Origin: Octopus sinensis
Lineage: Eukaryota
NCBI RefSeq assembly: GCF_006345805.1
Contig: NC_042998.1
Coordinates: forward strand, 35,402,001 to 35,466,000
Length of the DNA: 64,000 nucleotides
Direction: 5' to 3'
Of this stretch, positions 62,086-64,000 are shown piece by piece. Position 1 is the stretch's first letter, and every line of letters begins with the position of its first letter. Position numbers and translations under genes: made by a program. The notes under the pieces are model-generated. The model was given only the letters and a program-made list of their open reading frames with translations, searched no databases and had not been told where the DNA came from.

Positions 62086-64000
62086 CGTGCGAAGTTATGT
62101 CGTGAATTTATTGTGGGATTGCTTTGCAGTTTACGAGGAGGTGGGCGTTTTATTGTTTTGAACTTTTGAAAATGTTATTTGTTGAAAGCATTTGGTTACT
62201 TGTTGAAACCATTGTTGGATTATTTTTGAAAACTTTTTCTTTCGTGTGGGGAAGCTTGCATTATGGCAAGCTCGAATGAACTAAATATAGAACGGTTATT
62301 GAGTGAAGAGGAATTGGAAAGGATTGTGGAAAAAACATTAATAAAAGAAGAAACTGAGAATACCCCACCTAGACCATCGACGTCAAAAAAAATATTGACG
62401 TTGCAAGTTTGTGTACAAAAGAAAAAAATGAGAAAATAAATCGAGAAAAACGGATTTTGCTGCTGCGGCAGGCACGAAAGTTAAAAAGCTTAACCTGAAC
62501 AACATAGAAAAACACAAGGAATTATTAACGAAGGAGGGGAATGAAGTTAAAGTAGCCCCTCCAAAAGATATTCAACAAGATTTAGAGAAGAAAACTCTCA
62601 TTTATAAGAAATACAAGGTGAAGGAAAAGAAGATAGACTATGTTGTGGGGAGTGAAATTGAGAAGTGTCTAAAGCCTATATGGCACCTGGGGAAATACGT
62701 AAACAGAGGTAGGCGGTATGCAACCGTCGAAGTAAGAATGGAGTCAGCAGAGGCAGCCCGACTAAATTCAGTCGACCCTTTAAAAACCGAAGAGGTGGTA
62801 CGTCAAGAGCTACAATAAGTAACATTCTCCCTGAGGTGAACCCAGAGTGGCTCGTCGCAGCAGTTATTATGGATCTAGAAGACAAAATATCCGTATTGGA
62901 AGCTGCCATGATGGAGCCACGCAACTTACATGGCCAGGGCCTTCGAATTGTGATGCAAGCCGAGCAGACCACGCTGGAAGAAATAACAGAGATTATCGAG
63001 GTTGGTGAGACCCGATTTGGTGGTCGTGATAGAGGGTCGCCAACCTCGATGCTTCCAGTGTGGTAAAAAGGGCCACCTCAGGACGGACTGCAAGGCTAAT
63101 GAATCCGAGAAAGCAAAGGAAGTAGAAGAGAATGCAGCGACACCGGCGGAATGAATACCGATACCAGAGGAAAAAGCAGGGGAGGGGTGGGAACTGGTAA
63201 AGTACAAGAGAAAAATGAATCCACCCCCACCCCTGAAAAGGAAAGGGAAAAACAAAAAATAATATCTGAATCGAGACAATTTAAAAAACCAAGAAAGAGA
63301 GAAGAAAATTGCTACATAGCGGTTTGCAGCTCGAATCGAGATCTAGCGAACCGCCTGGCAGTGATTCATGCCAAAAAAATAGAAAACACAGAAAGTTCGA
63401 ACGGATTTGATATTTACAAGACTGATAAGAAAGGCTATAAAATGTTGGCTAACGAATTTCGCAAGGATGTAGGCCTTCTCAGAATGGACATTACCGATAA
63501 TCTATATGAGGGCCTCGTCACTCCGGCACCGCGAGCCCGACAAAAAGAAACAGAGACGGATAACCCTCCTTCTCCAGACACCGACTGAGGTAAGTCGCTT
63601 TATTGGCTCTTCACGTAGGATTTATAAATGTACGTAGTCTGGCGTGGAGCTGGAAACAAGGACGTTTCCTAAATTACGTCTGAGCACGAGGTTAAGATGT
63701 CATTGTTGCTACTGAAACTCGTTTAAAAGGGCCAAGAGATCTGCTCCCGCTCCTGTGTGCCTACGAGGGGTTTACTTCGTCAGGCCCGCAGGGTGACAGG
63801 GTGGGGTGTTGGTCCTACTTAAAAGAAACCGAGTTTCAGAGAAAAAGTTGAATATTTTTCTGATGCAGAAGGTAGGCTGGTCGTTTTAGATCTGACGTTC
63901 GGTGGTGGTAAGGAAATCAAGCTGGTTGCAGTTTATGCACCTAATTCAAGTCAGACTGATTATTACTGAGATTTAGAGAAATTTCTCGGCACGTCACGTT
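62086..64000 (+). mobile_element. Degenerate Tx1/L1-like LINE: ORF1 with CCHC knuckle and start of the APE endonuclease (runs off the window)
   Basis: LKPIWHLGKYVNRGRRYATVEVR, WLVAAVIMDLEDKISVLE and VIEGRQPRCFQCGKKGHLRTDC. From about 63609: HVGFINVRSL, VATETR and GRLVVLDLTF..IKLVAVYAPNS. Contains stops and frameshifts; 5' boundary approximate. Confidence 0.85.

Overview
AT-rich, repeat-saturated eukaryotic DNA. The SINE families suggest a coleoid cephalopod, most likely Octopus (inference). One host gene is well supported: a three-exon IQCG/DRC9 (dynein regulatory complex, IQ motif) on the + strand. Its exons are 8740-8899, 12377-12920 and 27544-28030, the splice phases are compatible, and the product is 396 aa. 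The rest is mobile DNA and microsatellite: several tRNA-headed SINE families, degenerate R4/Dong, Tx1-like and Penelope-like retroelements, Tc1/mariner remnants, non-autonomous Helitrons, and hAT, piggyBac and foldback MITEs. Most ORF-track entries are microsatellite or TE artefacts. The most notable observations are: (1) a tRNA-headed element carrying a Penelope-type minimal hammerhead ribozyme, with an inverted partial copy (16.45-16.81 kb); (2) an ORF1-only (HAL1-like) Tx1 derivative lying between (GATA)n tracts, whose 3' end matches the tail of a local SINE family (38.4-41.1 kb); (3) a 628-bp foldback element with telomere-like repeats and an exact 8-bp TSD, nested in a SINE. Family assignments rest on motif recognition and recalled consensus sequences, not database searches. 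TE boundaries are approximate unless a TSD or TIR is quoted.
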